Both the position numbers and the translations under genes were made by a program. A model generated the notes under the pieces. It did no database searches, was not told the DNA's origin, and saw only the letters and a program-made list of their open reading frames with translations. A DNA stretch of 64,000 bases from Verrucomicrobiaceae bacterium (GTDB lineage: Bacteria > Verrucomicrobiota > Verrucomicrobiia > Chthoniobacterales > JAATET01). Every line of letters starts with the position of its first letter. The stretch's first letter is position 1. Below, piece after piece: positions 52,838 through 62,591 of this stretch. The stretch is from the NCBI GenBank assembly GCA_027488755.1, contig JAIYAZ010000003.1, forward strand, positions 702 to 64,701, written 5' to 3'.

Positions 52838-54643
52838 ATGACCGCCCCGCCCTCGCCCGGGCACCCTTCCTGCCCCTTGAAACAACCGCGAAGCGCGCTG
52901 CGCCGCCTGGCCGATCTGATTCTGGTCGAACGTCGTCTCGCCCTGCGCTGCCTCGGGCTGCAATTCCTGCAGGCCATCACCTACCTACCCTTCTTCGGTG
53001 CGGTGGGTTTTCTGATCGACCACATCCTGAACAATTCCACCCTCAGCCCCGGCCAGAAAAGTGGGGGCATCCTGCTCTACGCCCTCGCGAACCTGCTGCT
53101 CTGGCCCCTGCACGGCTGGGCGACCGTCGCCGCCTTCGCCGACAGCCAACACCTCGTGCGCTCCAGCATCGCCCGCATCCGGCGCGCCTTGGTGGACCAC
53201 CTCCAAACCCTTTCCCTCAGCTTCTTCACCCGCCGCGGCTCCGGGGCCCTGTCCAACCAAGTCACCGTCGATCTTGCCAAGGTCGAGGCCTTCCTCACCA
53301 ACCTCGTCGGCAGCACCGCCGTGATGCTCCTGTGCGGCGGGCTCTCCAGCGGCTACCTCGTCTGGCTGAACCCAACGCTCGGCGGCATCGTCATCGTTGG
53401 CGTCAGCCTCCAGGCACTGCTGCTTCGCGCCGTGGGCGGAAAAATGCGTCCTCTCCAAAGCCGCGTCCAGGCCACGGGGGAGCAATTCTCGGCCCGCATC
53501 GTGGAATTCATCGGCGGCATGCGCACGACGCGTAGTCTCGGCAACGAGGAAATCGTCGCCCGCCAGCTCTCGCGGGCCATTGAGGAAATGAAAGATTCCG
53601 GGCTCCACGCCAGCATCGTCATGCGCTGGGTCATGATGGGGCAGCAGATGCTCGGAGAATACATGACCGTCATCGTTTGGTGCGTGGGTGGGGCGTTCTT
53701 CCTCGCCGGCAAGATCAGCATCGGCGAACTGGTCGTCTTTGCCGGCCTTCTCGGTTTCGTCCGCCAGGGCATCATGTCCTTTCTCCTAGCCTACGAAAGC
53801 TGGTCCCAGGCCGAACCGGGCATGAACGCGCTGCTGAAAATCCTTGATTCCGATGAACTTGAGAGCCATCGGGAAACCCCGGGCCTGACCATCCCCGGCG
53901 GCCAAATCAGCCTCGATAACGTCGCCTTCGCCTACCCGGACACGGCTGATCACGTCGTGCTCGAAAACCTCAATCTCCACATTCCCGCCGGCCAACACGT
54001 CGGACTCGTTGGAGAAACCGGCGCTGGCAAAAGCACCTTCCTCGATCTCGTGCTCGGGTTCATCCAGCCGACCCGCGGGACGGTGCGTTTCGACGGCCGC
54101 CTCATCGCCGAGATCGGCCTTCTGAACCTGCGCCGCTCTATCGCCATCATGGGACAGGAGGCGTTTTTGTGGAACACTACCGTCCGCGAAAACATCCGTT
54201 TCGGACGTCCCGACGCGAGCGACGACGAGGTCGAAGCCGCCGCCCAACAGGCCCAGGCCCATGAATTCATCCTCAGCCTCGAAAGCGGCTACGACACCGT
54301 GTGCGCGGAGCGCGGGGCCAAACTCTCCGGCGGACAGCGTCAGCGAATCGCCCTCGCCCGACTTTTTCTGCGCAATCCCCGCATCGTCATCTTGGACGAA
54401 CCCACCAGCGCGCTGGATTTGGAGACCGAGGTTCGACTCCAATCCGATCTCGAAAGCTTCTGCCATGGTCGAACCTGCTTCATCGTCGCCCACCGGCTTT
54501 CGACCCTTCGCCACGTCCACCGCATTCTCGTCTTCCGAAACGGTCGCGTGATCGAGGACGGCTCGCTCCCCGAACTCTTGGCGAAGAAAGACGGGCACTT
54601 CCGCCGGCTCCACCGCCTCCAAACTGTCGGGCTATCCGACTGA
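52838..54643 (+). CDS. ABC exporter, fused permease/ATPase (type I, MsbA-like half transporter)
   Basis: 601 aa. N-terminal TM domain, Walker [10 protein letters not shown], signature [13 protein letters not shown], Walker [13 protein letters not shown]. Confidence 0.85.
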   Translation: MTAPPSPGHPSCPLKQPRSALRRLADLILVERRLALRCLGLQFLQAITYLPFFGAVGFLIDHILNNSTLSPGQKSGGILLYALANLLLWPLHGWATVAAFADSQHLVRSSIARIRRALVDHLQTLSLSFFTRRGSGALSNQVTVDLAKVEAFLTNLVGSTAVMLLCGGLSSGYLVWLNPTLGGIVIVGVSLQALLLRAVGGKMRPLQSRVQATGEQFSARIVEFIGGMRTTRSLGNEEIVARQLSRAIEEMKDSGLHASIVMRWVMMGQQMLGEYMTVIVWCVGGAFFLAGKISIGELVVFAGLLGFVRQGIMSFLLAYESWSQAEPGMNALLKILDSDELESHRETPGLTIPGGQISLDNVAFAYPDTADHVVLENLNLHIPAGQHVGLVGETGAGKSTFLDLVLGFIQPTRGTVRFDGRLIAEIGLLNLRRSIAIMGQEAFLWNTTVRENIRFGRPDASDDEVEAAAQQAQAHEFILSLESGYDTVCAERGAKLSGGQRQRIALARLFLRNPRIVILDEPTSALDLETEVRLQSDLESFCHGRTCFIVAHRLSTLRHVHRILVFRNGRVIEDGSLPELLAKKDGHFRRLHRLQTVGLSD

Positions 54644-54656
54644 CCGCCTCCATTCG

Positions 54657-54670
54657 GTTAACGCGTTTAC
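54657..54670. promoter_or_regulatory. LacI/GalR-type operator candidate
   Basis: gttaacgcgtttac, 135 nt upstream of araA. Confidence 0.55.
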
Positions 54671-54804
54671 CAGTCCACGGCTTGAGTTCCAAGTCGGGAG
54701 CCGTCGTGTTGGACGTCTTCCAATCAACGCGACCATGCGAACTGCCCCGCCAGGCATTCCAGCGGCGGTCAGCCCGATTCGATCAACTTTCAAGTCCCAC
54801 ATTC

Positions 54805-56310
54805 ATGCGCAATCTAGCCGTCACCGAATACTGGTTTATCACCGGAAGCCAACATCTCTACGGAGAGAAGACCCTGCGCCAAGTGGCGGAACACTCCCGC
54901 GTGATCGTGGACGGCCTCAACGCGTCCGGCCTGCCCTCCAAACTGATTCTCCAGCCGGTGCTAACCGGCCCGGAGGCCATTCGGGATCTGCTCGAGCGAG
55001 CAAGCGGCGATGCCCGTTGCGCGGGCGTCATCGCCTGGATGCACACCTTTTCGCCGGCCAAAATGTGGATCGGCGGCCTGCGGCGCCTCACAAAGCCCCT
55101 GCTGCATCTTCACACCCAGTTCAATCGCGAACTGCCCTGGTCCAGCATTGACATGGACTTCATGAACCTTAACCAATCCGCGCACGGCGACCGCGAGTTC
55201 GGCCACCTCATAACCCGGCTCCGACACCCAAGGGAAGTCGTCGTCGGACATTGGCAAAATCCGGCGGTCGTCTCCCAGATCGAAAGCTGGATCCGCGTTG
55301 CCGATGCTTGGCACGATTGGCAGGGGGCCCGCTTTGCCCGCTTTGGCGACAACATGCGATCGGTCGCCGTCACGGAGGGAGACAAAGTCGCGGCGGAGAT
55401 TCGCTTCGGCTTCTCGGTCGACGGATACGGAATCGGTGATCTCGTCCAAAGGGTGAATGCCGTCTCCGAAACCGAGATCGACCGCCTCGTCGAAGAATAC
55501 ACCGACCTCTACACGATCACCCCCTCACTCCAACGCAACGGCCCGCAACACGCCTCGCTCCGGGATGCCGCCCGACAGGAACTCGGCATCCGCGCGTTTC
55601 TTCAGGAGGGCAACTTCAAGGGCTTCACCACGACATTCGAGGACCTCCACGGCCTCAAACAACTCCCCGGTCTCGCCGCCCAACGCCTCATGGCCGAGGG
55701 CTACGGCTTTGGCGCGGAGGGGGACTGGAAATCCGCCGCGCTACTTCGCGCGATCAAGGTCATCGCCGGAGGAAAACAAACCTCCTTTATGGAGGATTAC
55801 ACCTACGACCTGCCCCTCGGCGACGAGCTCGTTCTGGGCTCACACATGCTCGAAATCTGCCCTTCAATCGCGAGGGATCGCCCCGCCCTTTCGATTCATC
55901 CCCTCGGGATTGGCGGTCGGGAGGATCCACCCAGGCTGGTCTTCGATGCTTCTACTGGTCCGGCCACTAATGCAACGCTGATCGATCTTGGCACCCGCTT
56001 CCGCCTCCTCGTCAACGAAGTGGACGTAATACCTCCCCAGAAGCCTTTGCCCCGCCTGCCCGTCGCCCGCGCTACTTGGAAGTGCCGGCCCGAGTTTTCC
56101 ACCGCCTGTGAAGCCTGGATCCATGCAGGCGGCTCCCACCACACCATCCTCAGCCAGGCGGTCAACCGGCGGCAGCTCGCCAGCTTTGCCGATATCGCCG
56201 GCATCGAGGCCGTCTTCATCGACGCCCAGACAAGCATCGCGGCCTTTCGGCAGGAACTGCGCACCAACGAAATTTACTACCACCTCGCTTCGGGCTTCGG
56301 CGCGAACTAA
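54805..56310 (+). CDS. araA: L-arabinose isomerase
   Basis: From the ATG at 54805: [39 protein letters not shown]...[20 protein letters not shown], colinear with E. coli AraA ([20 protein letters not shown]...[20 protein letters not shown]). 501 aa. Confidence 0.9.
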   Translation: MRNLAVTEYWFITGSQHLYGEKTLRQVAEHSRVIVDGLNASGLPSKLILQPVLTGPEAIRDLLERASGDARCAGVIAWMHTFSPAKMWIGGLRRLTKPLLHLHTQFNRELPWSSIDMDFMNLNQSAHGDREFGHLITRLRHPREVVVGHWQNPAVVSQIESWIRVADAWHDWQGARFARFGDNMRSVAVTEGDKVAAEIRFGFSVDGYGIGDLVQRVNAVSETEIDRLVEEYTDLYTITPSLQRNGPQHASLRDAARQELGIRAFLQEGNFKGFTTTFEDLHGLKQLPGLAAQRLMAEGYGFGAEGDWKSAALLRAIKVIAGGKQTSFMEDYTYDLPLGDELVLGSHMLEICPSIARDRPALSIHPLGIGGREDPPRLVFDASTGPATNATLIDLGTRFRLLVNEVDVIPPQKPLPRLPVARATWKCRPEFSTACEAWIHAGGSHHTILSQAVNRRQLASFADIAGIEAVFIDAQTSIAAFRQELRTNEIYYHLASGFGAN

Positions 56311-56340
56311 TCCGCCATCCGGCCATCCGCTACCGCTACC

Positions 56341-57039
56341 ATGTCCTCCTGGAGTCAAATTCGCCGTGAGTGCGCCGAAGCCAATCGCCGCCTCGCCGAA
56401 CTCGGTCTCGTTGACCTGACCTTTGGCAACGTCAGCGTCGCACACCCAACCGAACCAGTTTTCGCCATCAAGCCGTCCGGGGTGGAATACGACCAGCTTA
56501 TGCCGGATGACATGGTCGTGGTGGGATTCGACTGCAACGTTTTCGAAGGGCGACTTCGTCCTTCCTCTGACACCCCCACGCACGCACACCTTCTCCGAAA
56601 TTTTCCCCACGCTCGCTGCGTGGTCCACACACACTCACGTCATGCGACCAGTTGGGCCCAAGCCGAACTCGGCATCCCCTGTCTCGGCACAACCCACGCC
56701 GATTTCTTTCGTGGCGAGGTGCCCGTGACCCGCCCGCTTACCCCCGAGGAAATCACCTCAAACTACGAACTCGAAACCGGAAAAGTCATCGTTGAGCGTT
56801 TTACAAACCTTAATCCCGCAGAAGTTCCCGCCGTTCTCGTTCACCGCCACGGGCCCTTCGCGTGGGGGCCAACATCCGCTGCGGCGCTCGAAACGGCCTA
56901 CGCGCTCGAAATCATCGCCGAAATGGCCTGGCGCACCTACACCCTTCGGAAGAACCCTGCGCCGCTGGCCGTTGATCTCCGGGAAAAGCACTTTCGCCGA
57001 AAGCATGGAAACAGCCGCTATTACGGCCAGACTGGCTAG
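56341..57039 (+). CDS. araD: L-ribulose-5-phosphate 4-epimerase
   Basis: 232 aa. LVDLTFGNVSVAHPTEPVFAIKPSGVEYDQLMPDDMVVV...HTHSRHATSWAQA class II aldolase/epimerase pattern. Immediately downstream of araA. Confidence 0.85.
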   Translation: MSSWSQIRRECAEANRRLAELGLVDLTFGNVSVAHPTEPVFAIKPSGVEYDQLMPDDMVVVGFDCNVFEGRLRPSSDTPTHAHLLRNFPHARCVVHTHSRHATSWAQAELGIPCLGTTHADFFRGEVPVTRPLTPEEITSNYELETGKVIVERFTNLNPAEVPAVLVHRHGPFAWGPTSAAALETAYALEIIAEMAWRTYTLRKNPAPLAVDLREKHFRRKHGNSRYYGQTG

Positions 57040-57121
57040 GACCGATTCATGACCGCCCTCTTGCTCGTGATTATTGAGTGCTCTTGCAGCTCACGGCAGG
57101 CTTCCTCCCAAAAGAACAAAA

Positions 57122-57134
57122 TTCAACGTTTGAA
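57122..57134. promoter_or_regulatory. Variant imperfect palindrome (TTCAACGTTTGAA) upstream of the first tandem LacI gene
   Basis: ttcaacgtttgaa, 8 nt before the GTG at 57142. Related AACGTT-centred sequences occur at ~58577 (ttcaacgt) and ~58609 (gaacgttga). Confidence 0.3.
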
Positions 57135-57141
57135 ATAGATT

Positions 57142-58332
57142 GTGAAAAAGAAAAACCCTTCCGAAAAGGTTAACCTAGCAACCATTGCCACCCACCTCGG
57201 TCTCTCTATCTCGACAGTTTCGCGGGCGTTGCGCGACGAGCGGGGGATCAACGCGGCAACACGGGCGCGAGTTTTTGAAACAGCGCAAGCTATTGGCTAC
57301 CTAAAGGGGGCCCCGTTCATTGGAGGCCACCGGAACAGGACGCTCAATATCCTGGCACTCGGGCAGAGCAGCAGCGCGATGTTTGACCTTCGTTACATGG
57401 CAGGCATGAGCTCCGCGGCCGTCAACCTCAACATCTCCATTCTCTCACACCACCTAGCCTCCGGCGATCTGGACAGCATCCTCGATCCAGCCCGCCAGCC
57501 CGTGCTAATGCGCCAAGGCGAGGTCGACGGCATCGTGCTCATGCACCACTGGCCCGAGCCCATCGCCCGCGAGCTTTCCGCCCACTTCCCCGTTGTCTCC
57601 ATCGTCCACAGCTACCCCGACCTGCCCATCGATACCGTCGGCACCGACGACCGCCAAGGCATGATGACCATCGTCCGCCACCTCCACGCCTCTGGCTACA
57701 AGAACATTGGATTCTTCGGGCTCTGCCCAGAGGTCAGTTGGTCCCGCTCCCGCTTTGCCGGTTTCGTCGAGGCCATGGTAACCCTGGGCCTTCACTTTTC
57801 CATCGACCGCGTCATTCCCATTTCCACCTTGGAGGCGCTCGCCGCCCGGCCCTTTCCGGAAACCGAGTGGGCCAACTCGCTTTCCACGGTCGAGAAATCC
57901 GGAACCACCGCTTGGGTCGCGAGCAGCATAATGACCGGCCTCACCCTCCACCGCTTCTTTTCCAAGCGAGGCTTAGCCATCCCTAGGGACGTCGCCATCA
58001 CCGGCTTCCATCGTCAGGCGCCGCAAAGCTCCGACGGTCCTCTGCTCACCTCCGTCGACGTCACCGACGAGGAACTCGGTGCCGCCGCCCTCCGCCGCCT
58101 CATCCACCGCATCAAAAACCCCGCCGAGTCTAAGCGCTCCATCCTCCTCCCCGTCACCTTCCACCAAGGCGACAGTTCTCCAAGTTATCCACAGAAAAAT
58201 TCATCAGAAATCGTGCCACTCCATTCTTCTGCCCGTCAAAGTCGGCGAGGAAATCATCCCATCAAAACCGCTAACGATGACCTTTCTGAGGCAACGCCCC
58301 CATCGAAAGCAGAGACAACTCGAAATCATTAG
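57142..58332 (+). CDS. LacI family transcriptional regulator (first of three in tandem)
   Basis: 396 aa with a GTG start. VNLATIATHLGLSISTVSRALRDERGINAATRARVFETAQAIGY. About 45-aa low-complexity C-terminal tail compared with its neighbour paralog. Confidence 0.8.
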   Translation: MKKKNPSEKVNLATIATHLGLSISTVSRALRDERGINAATRARVFETAQAIGYLKGAPFIGGHRNRTLNILALGQSSSAMFDLRYMAGMSSAAVNLNISILSHHLASGDLDSILDPARQPVLMRQGEVDGIVLMHHWPEPIARELSAHFPVVSIVHSYPDLPIDTVGTDDRQGMMTIVRHLHASGYKNIGFFGLCPEVSWSRSRFAGFVEAMVTLGLHFSIDRVIPISTLEALAARPFPETEWANSLSTVEKSGTTAWVASSIMTGLTLHRFFSKRGLAIPRDVAITGFHRQAPQSSDGPLLTSVDVTDEELGAAALRRLIHRIKNPAESKRSILLPVTFHQGDSSPSYPQKNSSEIVPLHSSARQSRRGNHPIKTANDDLSEATPPSKAETTRNH

Positions 58333-58339
58333 ACCTTTT

Positions 58340-58416
58340 CTAGCGGCACTGGCATCGGGGGATGCCACCGGCCGCTAGCTTGGCTGTCTCGGCATCGGGG
58401 GATGCCAAGGCAGCCA
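58340..58416 (+). repeat. Two tandem related hairpins sharing the core GGCATCGGGGGATGCC
   Basis: 58340-58378 is ctagcggc-ac-tggcatc-gggg-gatgcca-cc-g-gccgctag. 58381-58416 is tggctg-tctc-ggcatc-gggg-gatgcc-aagg-cagcca. Both have an outer and an inner stem and sit directly before the terminator. Confidence 0.6.
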
Positions 58417-58449
58417 CGCGGAGAGCGCAAGCTCTCCGCGTTCTTTTTT
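58417..58449 (+). terminator. Rho-independent terminator after LacI 57142..58332
   Basis: cgcggagagc-gcaa-gctctccgcg followed by ttctttttt. Confidence 0.7.
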
Positions 58450-58843
58450 GCCAAAGTTACCCTGCGGCCCTTTGAATAAAAATACGGTTTCGAATTGCCT
58501 TCTTCTCGGCAACCTCAAACTCCGTTCACTTTCTCTGTAAATCTTCGTCTGAAATTAGCCTAAAAGGGATTCCCGCTTCAACGTGGGGTAACAATCCGAC
58601 GTTTTCTGAACGTTGATTCTGGAATAAACTCCGCCAAAGCCGATGCCCGCAGGGGCAGCTTTCGTTGGCGGCGGTTATACCCAAAATCCGCAATAGCCTT
58701 TTAGGGGTTTTTCCAAAATCCCCACTGTGGGTTGTGAAACCTTTCGTCAGTGAATGCGAATAGGCTCAATAACCGTCAAAGCATCGAATCGTTAATGGTG
58801 CATTATGTTGCATTCGGTAGCAATTTTTCTTAAAAATTCTCCC

Positions 58844-59908
58844 GTGAAAAATGAACGTAGTCGTCGCTCGGTCAATCTGGGGACCATTGCCGAGAGCCTC
58901 GGGTTTTCAATATCGACCGTCTCCCGGGCACTCCGAAATGATGGTGGCATCAAAGAGGAAACCAAGAGCCGAATCTTTGACGAGGCCAAGTCACAAGGAT
59001 ATTTGGTCGGACGAAGACTTGACGCCGGCCGACCGGGAAAACCTCAAAACATTCTCGCGCTCGGGCAATCTTCGATCGCGTCCTTCGATTTACGCTACAT
59101 GGCCGGGATGAGCGCCGCCGCGATTGACCTAAATCTTGCCATTCTTTCTCATCACCTTGACGGAGATGACCTGCAAAGCATCCTCAACCCAGCACGCCAA
59201 CCCGTCGTCATGCGGGATGGCCAATTGGATGGTATCGTTTTGTTGCATCGATGGCCGGAGCCAATTGCGGCTAAACTCAGTGAACAATTTCCCGTGGTTT
59301 CCATTGTTCACAGCTACAACAACCCCCGAATTGACGTCGTGGGAACCGATGACCGGCAAGGCATTCAAAAAATGGTGAGCCACCTGCAAAACTGCGGGCA
59401 CTCAAAGATGGCATTTTTTGGTTTGAGCCCGCAGGTAAGCTGGTCCCGCTCCCGATTTGGTGCTTATGCCGAGGCAATGGTCACGCTCGGTTACCTGGAA
59501 GCAATCAACAACTTCGTGACCATTGGGTTGGAAGAGGCCCTATCCGCCCAGCCGAGGAACGAATTCATTTGGGCCGACCAAGTCGAGAGATTGCGTCGCG
59601 GGGGCGTAACCGGTTGGATCTGCGCAAGCGAAGTGACCGCCCTGGCTTTGCACCAATACTTTGCAAGCAAGGGAATTCGCGTACCGGATGAAGTTGCCCT
59701 AACGGGTTTTCACGGGCAGAAACAGGGGAACGGCCAAGCCCCCAGAATCACAACCGCGGATATTCCAGACGAAGAACTAGGTGCCGCCGCATTACGGCGA
59801 TTGGTGCATCGCATCAACCACCCTCAGGAGTCCCACCGCACCATCCTCCTTCCACTCGCATTGTCCCCTGGGCAGACAACACCCGCAAATGCCGCCCAGT
59901 TTGGCTAG
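58844..59908 (+). CDS. LacI family transcriptional regulator (close paralog of 57142..58332)
   Basis: ORF 58805..59908. By alignment with the paralog the start is the GTG at 58844 (VKNERSRRSVNLGTIAESLGFSISTVSRAL versus MKKKNPSEKVNLATIATHLGLSISTVSRAL). Long colinear blocks such as ILALGQSS..FDLRYMAGMS and VGTDDRQG. Confidence 0.75.
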   Translation: MKNERSRRSVNLGTIAESLGFSISTVSRALRNDGGIKEETKSRIFDEAKSQGYLVGRRLDAGRPGKPQNILALGQSSIASFDLRYMAGMSAAAIDLNLAILSHHLDGDDLQSILNPARQPVVMRDGQLDGIVLLHRWPEPIAAKLSEQFPVVSIVHSYNNPRIDVVGTDDRQGIQKMVSHLQNCGHSKMAFFGLSPQVSWSRSRFGAYAEAMVTLGYLEAINNFVTIGLEEALSAQPRNEFIWADQVERLRRGGVTGWICASEVTALALHQYFASKGIRVPDEVALTGFHGQKQGNGQAPRITTADIPDEELGAAALRRLVHRINHPQESHRTILLPLALSPGQTTPANAAQFG

Positions 59909-60020
59909 GCTGCGCCAGGTTTTACCGACTTTCCTCTCAAGTCACGCCCATCGCTCCAAAACCCCACGTCAACTTTACGGGTTGCGTTTACTTGGTGTCT
60001 TTGCGCATTGTTGAAATTTG

Positions 60021-61088
60021 GTGAAAAAATCTAACCAATCAAAGAAAACCACCATCTACTCGCTGGCCGAAGAGTTTGGCGTGAGTCCCGGCACGGTTAG
60101 TCGCGCCCTCCGCAATCGGCCGGAAATTAGTGCCTCAACGCGCAAAGTCATTCGACAGCGAGCCAGCGAAATTGGCTTCAAGCTGCGGAACTTTGAAGCT
60201 CGAATCACCAATATCTGCGTCGTGATCGAGACTGCTCCGGGGCAACGGAGCTTGTTTTCATCGTATGTCGACGCGGTCCTTGACGGGGTTTGGCAATATT
60301 GTGGCGAACAGGGTTTGGAACTCTCGCTCTTCGGTGATGACGAAGAACGGCTCAGTGGCTGCGATCTTGTGCGAGTGCTGGGGCGACGCGGAGTCAATGG
60401 CGCGGTTTTTTTAAACGCCTCGACGCGCAGTCGCTACTTTGGCGCGCTGAACGAACAAAATTTTCCCTATTGTTGCGTGATGAACGCGCCCGCGGAGGCC
60501 CGGGATTGGACCATCCGCTCAGACGCGGAGTCCCTTGCCTACAAGGCCACCGAGCATCTCCTTCATCTTGGCCATCGGCGCATCGCTTTCCTGGACAGCT
60601 TGGTTGGATTCCAACTTGGCGAGGAGCGCCGCCGTGGCTACTGTGAAGCCCTGCTCAAGGCAGGAGTCACGCCCGATCCTTCCTGGGTCATCACCACGGA
60701 TGATTACGGAATGGGAGGGGTGGATGCCTTTGAATTCGCCGCTCAGGCGATTCGGACCTTGCTTGCCCACTCCATTCCACCGACGGCATTTCTCACCATG
60801 AACGATGAAGCGGGAGTTGCCGCCCTGCATGAGTTGAAGACCCTAGGCCGGGAAGCTCCGATTGGCGCATCCGTTATTTCTTTTGACGAATCGCGAATTT
60901 GCGGATTTGTCAACCCTCCACTTACGGTTGTGAATGTGCCCTACGAGCGCATCGGCCGGCAAGCCGCGTCGGTGGTTCATCATCGGCTCGATGGAAACAT
61001 CAGCCACAATGAAAGCATTCCGATGCTGGTCACCGGAGAACTCATTGTGCGAGGAAGCACGGGACCGGCTCCCGCTGACAACACGTAA
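60021..61088 (+). CDS. LacI family transcriptional regulator (third tandem copy, more divergent)
   Basis: ORF from the TTG at 60018. The GTG at 60021 is favoured because all three tandem genes then start GTGAAAAA. TIYSLAEEFGVSPGTVSRALRNRPEISASTRKVIRQRASEIGF. Confidence 0.8.
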   Translation: MKKSNQSKKTTIYSLAEEFGVSPGTVSRALRNRPEISASTRKVIRQRASEIGFKLRNFEARITNICVVIETAPGQRSLFSSYVDAVLDGVWQYCGEQGLELSLFGDDEERLSGCDLVRVLGRRGVNGAVFLNASTRSRYFGALNEQNFPYCCVMNAPAEARDWTIRSDAESLAYKATEHLLHLGHRRIAFLDSLVGFQLGEERRRGYCEALLKAGVTPDPSWVITTDDYGMGGVDAFEFAAQAIRTLLAHSIPPTAFLTMNDEAGVAALHELKTLGREAPIGASVISFDESRICGFVNPPLTVVNVPYERIGRQAASVVHHRLDGNISHNESIPMLVTGELIVRGSTGPAPADNT

Positions 61089-61155
61089 CCGGCGACTTCG
61101 TGAAGTATCGCTCGAGGGGGCCTCTCGATTTTGAGTGGCCCAAGTCGGCACGGTA

Positions 61156-62199
61156 TCAATTTTGGCCCGGAAGGCATGGCCCATCGGTCAGGCACCGCTC
61201 CACCAAGGCTTCGATGGATAACGTCGCAAGGCAAATCGAGCTATCAGCCGCCCCATAATAGACGAACAGTTCGTCGCTGCTGTCTCCCATAACCGCCGCG
61301 GTTGGAAACACCACCTGAGGCACGTTGCCGCGATATTCGTAGTCCTCTTCCGGCCACATGAGGCAGGCCCGCATTTTGCCGATGACTTTCGCTGGATTTT
61401 TTAGGTCAAGCAGCATCGCGCCAGCGTTATACATGATCCCATTCATGTGCTGGCGACAGCCATGATAAAGCACTAACCAGCCTTGCTCGGTTTTCACGGG
61501 GGGAGCCCCCGGGCCGATCTTAAAGCTTTCCCAGTAGCGCGTTCCCTTTTGAAGCACGAGTTCCGTCCGGCCCCAAAAGCGCAAGTCTGGCGAGTAAGAG
61601 AGATAAATGTCCCCTCCAGTTGATCCCTCACCGTTTGGACGTTCCAAGCGGGCGTAGAGACCGTCAAAAGTCTCCGGAAAAATCACGCAGTTGCGATGAT
61701 CAATCGAGGTGATAAACCCTAGATCCTCGAAGCCCTCAAAGTCCTGCGTGCGAATCAGCCGAATCCGCCCGCCGAGACTGGAGGATACATTGTAGGTTAC
61801 GTAATGCCAGCCATCGAGTGTAGTAATCCGCGTGTCGAAGATCCCATCGCGACGGCCGGCATAAGGATACTCATCCGGGGGTGAGACAATGCTTCGCGTC
61901 CCAATATCAAAATGCACCCCATCGCGACTGCGCGCCACAAGGAAATGGGGAACCCATTCGGCATCCCAGCAGTTGAGAATCATCACGATTTCGTCCCCTA
62001 CCCGCACCGCTCCACTGTTGAAGCAGCACTCGGCTTCGAAGGGTAAGTCCTTCGCGGAGATAATGGGATTGTGAACGCTGCGGGTGATCAGCGCACCCTT
62101 ACGCCCGAGGTCGATTGACCACGAGGGAAAAGCTAACGATTCGGCAAGTGAACTCATTGTTGCAGTATATTTCTTTTCGAGGGATTCCTTGTCAACCAT
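61156..62199 (-). CDS. GH130 family glycoside phosphorylase (beta-mannoside phosphorylase-like)
   Basis: C-terminal 347 aa of ORF 61156..62532, from MVDKESLEKK. NSGAVRVGDEIVMIL, GIFDTRIT (EDPR-like), KIGPGAPPVKTEQGWLVLYHG, YNAGAMLLDLKNPAKVIG and VVFPTAAV..DELFVYYGAADSSICLA match the GH130 pattern. Start is uncertain (Met99 at 62238 is possible). Confidence 0.75.
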   Translation of the reverse strand: MVDKESLEKKYTATMSSLAESLAFPSWSIDLGRKGALITRSVHNPIISAKDLPFEAECCFNSGAVRVGDEIVMILNCWDAEWVPHFLVARSRDGVHFDIGTRSIVSPPDEYPYAGRRDGIFDTRITTLDGWHYVTYNVSSSLGGRIRLIRTQDFEGFEDLGFITSIDHRNCVIFPETFDGLYARLERPNGEGSTGGDIYLSYSPDLRFWGRTELVLQKGTRYWESFKIGPGAPPVKTEQGWLVLYHGCRQHMNGIMYNAGAMLLDLKNPAKVIGKMRACLMWPEEDYEYRGNVPQVVFPTAAVMGDSSDELFVYYGAADSSICLATLSIEALVERCLTDGPCLPGQN

Positions 62200-62591
62200 G
62201 TTCTTCTGCCGAGTTTTAACCCCATTCTTCTTCCTCATCCCGAAACAGAGCGCAAGAAAGCATTGACGCCGTGCAATAAAGTGCATCATTTTAAATGCCC
62301 TCAAAAAAGCTTTCTGCTCGGAAAGAGTGGGGTGGCAGAAATCCAAAAAACGAGGTCGCCTCGCGGTAAAAGCCCCAACCAGTCCATGCCAAGTGAAGAT
62401 TTTAGAAATGGCTCGTTCCCCCGCCTCACCGCGGCGGGAACTTTCCGAATCCCAACCTCGGGTTCCTTGGGGATTTCTCGCGCCACAACATCCCGCTAGT
62501 TGGAAGGCGCCTTTCGCCACACGCCCTCCCATTTTACGCTAAATCACCTCCCTCCAAGCCCTCCCCCCTCAAACCCGCGTCAACCTCTGCC

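Noticed and set aside
58340-58416. Possible CRISPR-like repeats (GGCATCGGGGGATGCC twice)
   Set aside because: Only two copies are present, there is no constant-length spacer architecture, and each copy is part of its own hairpin. No cas genes are nearby.
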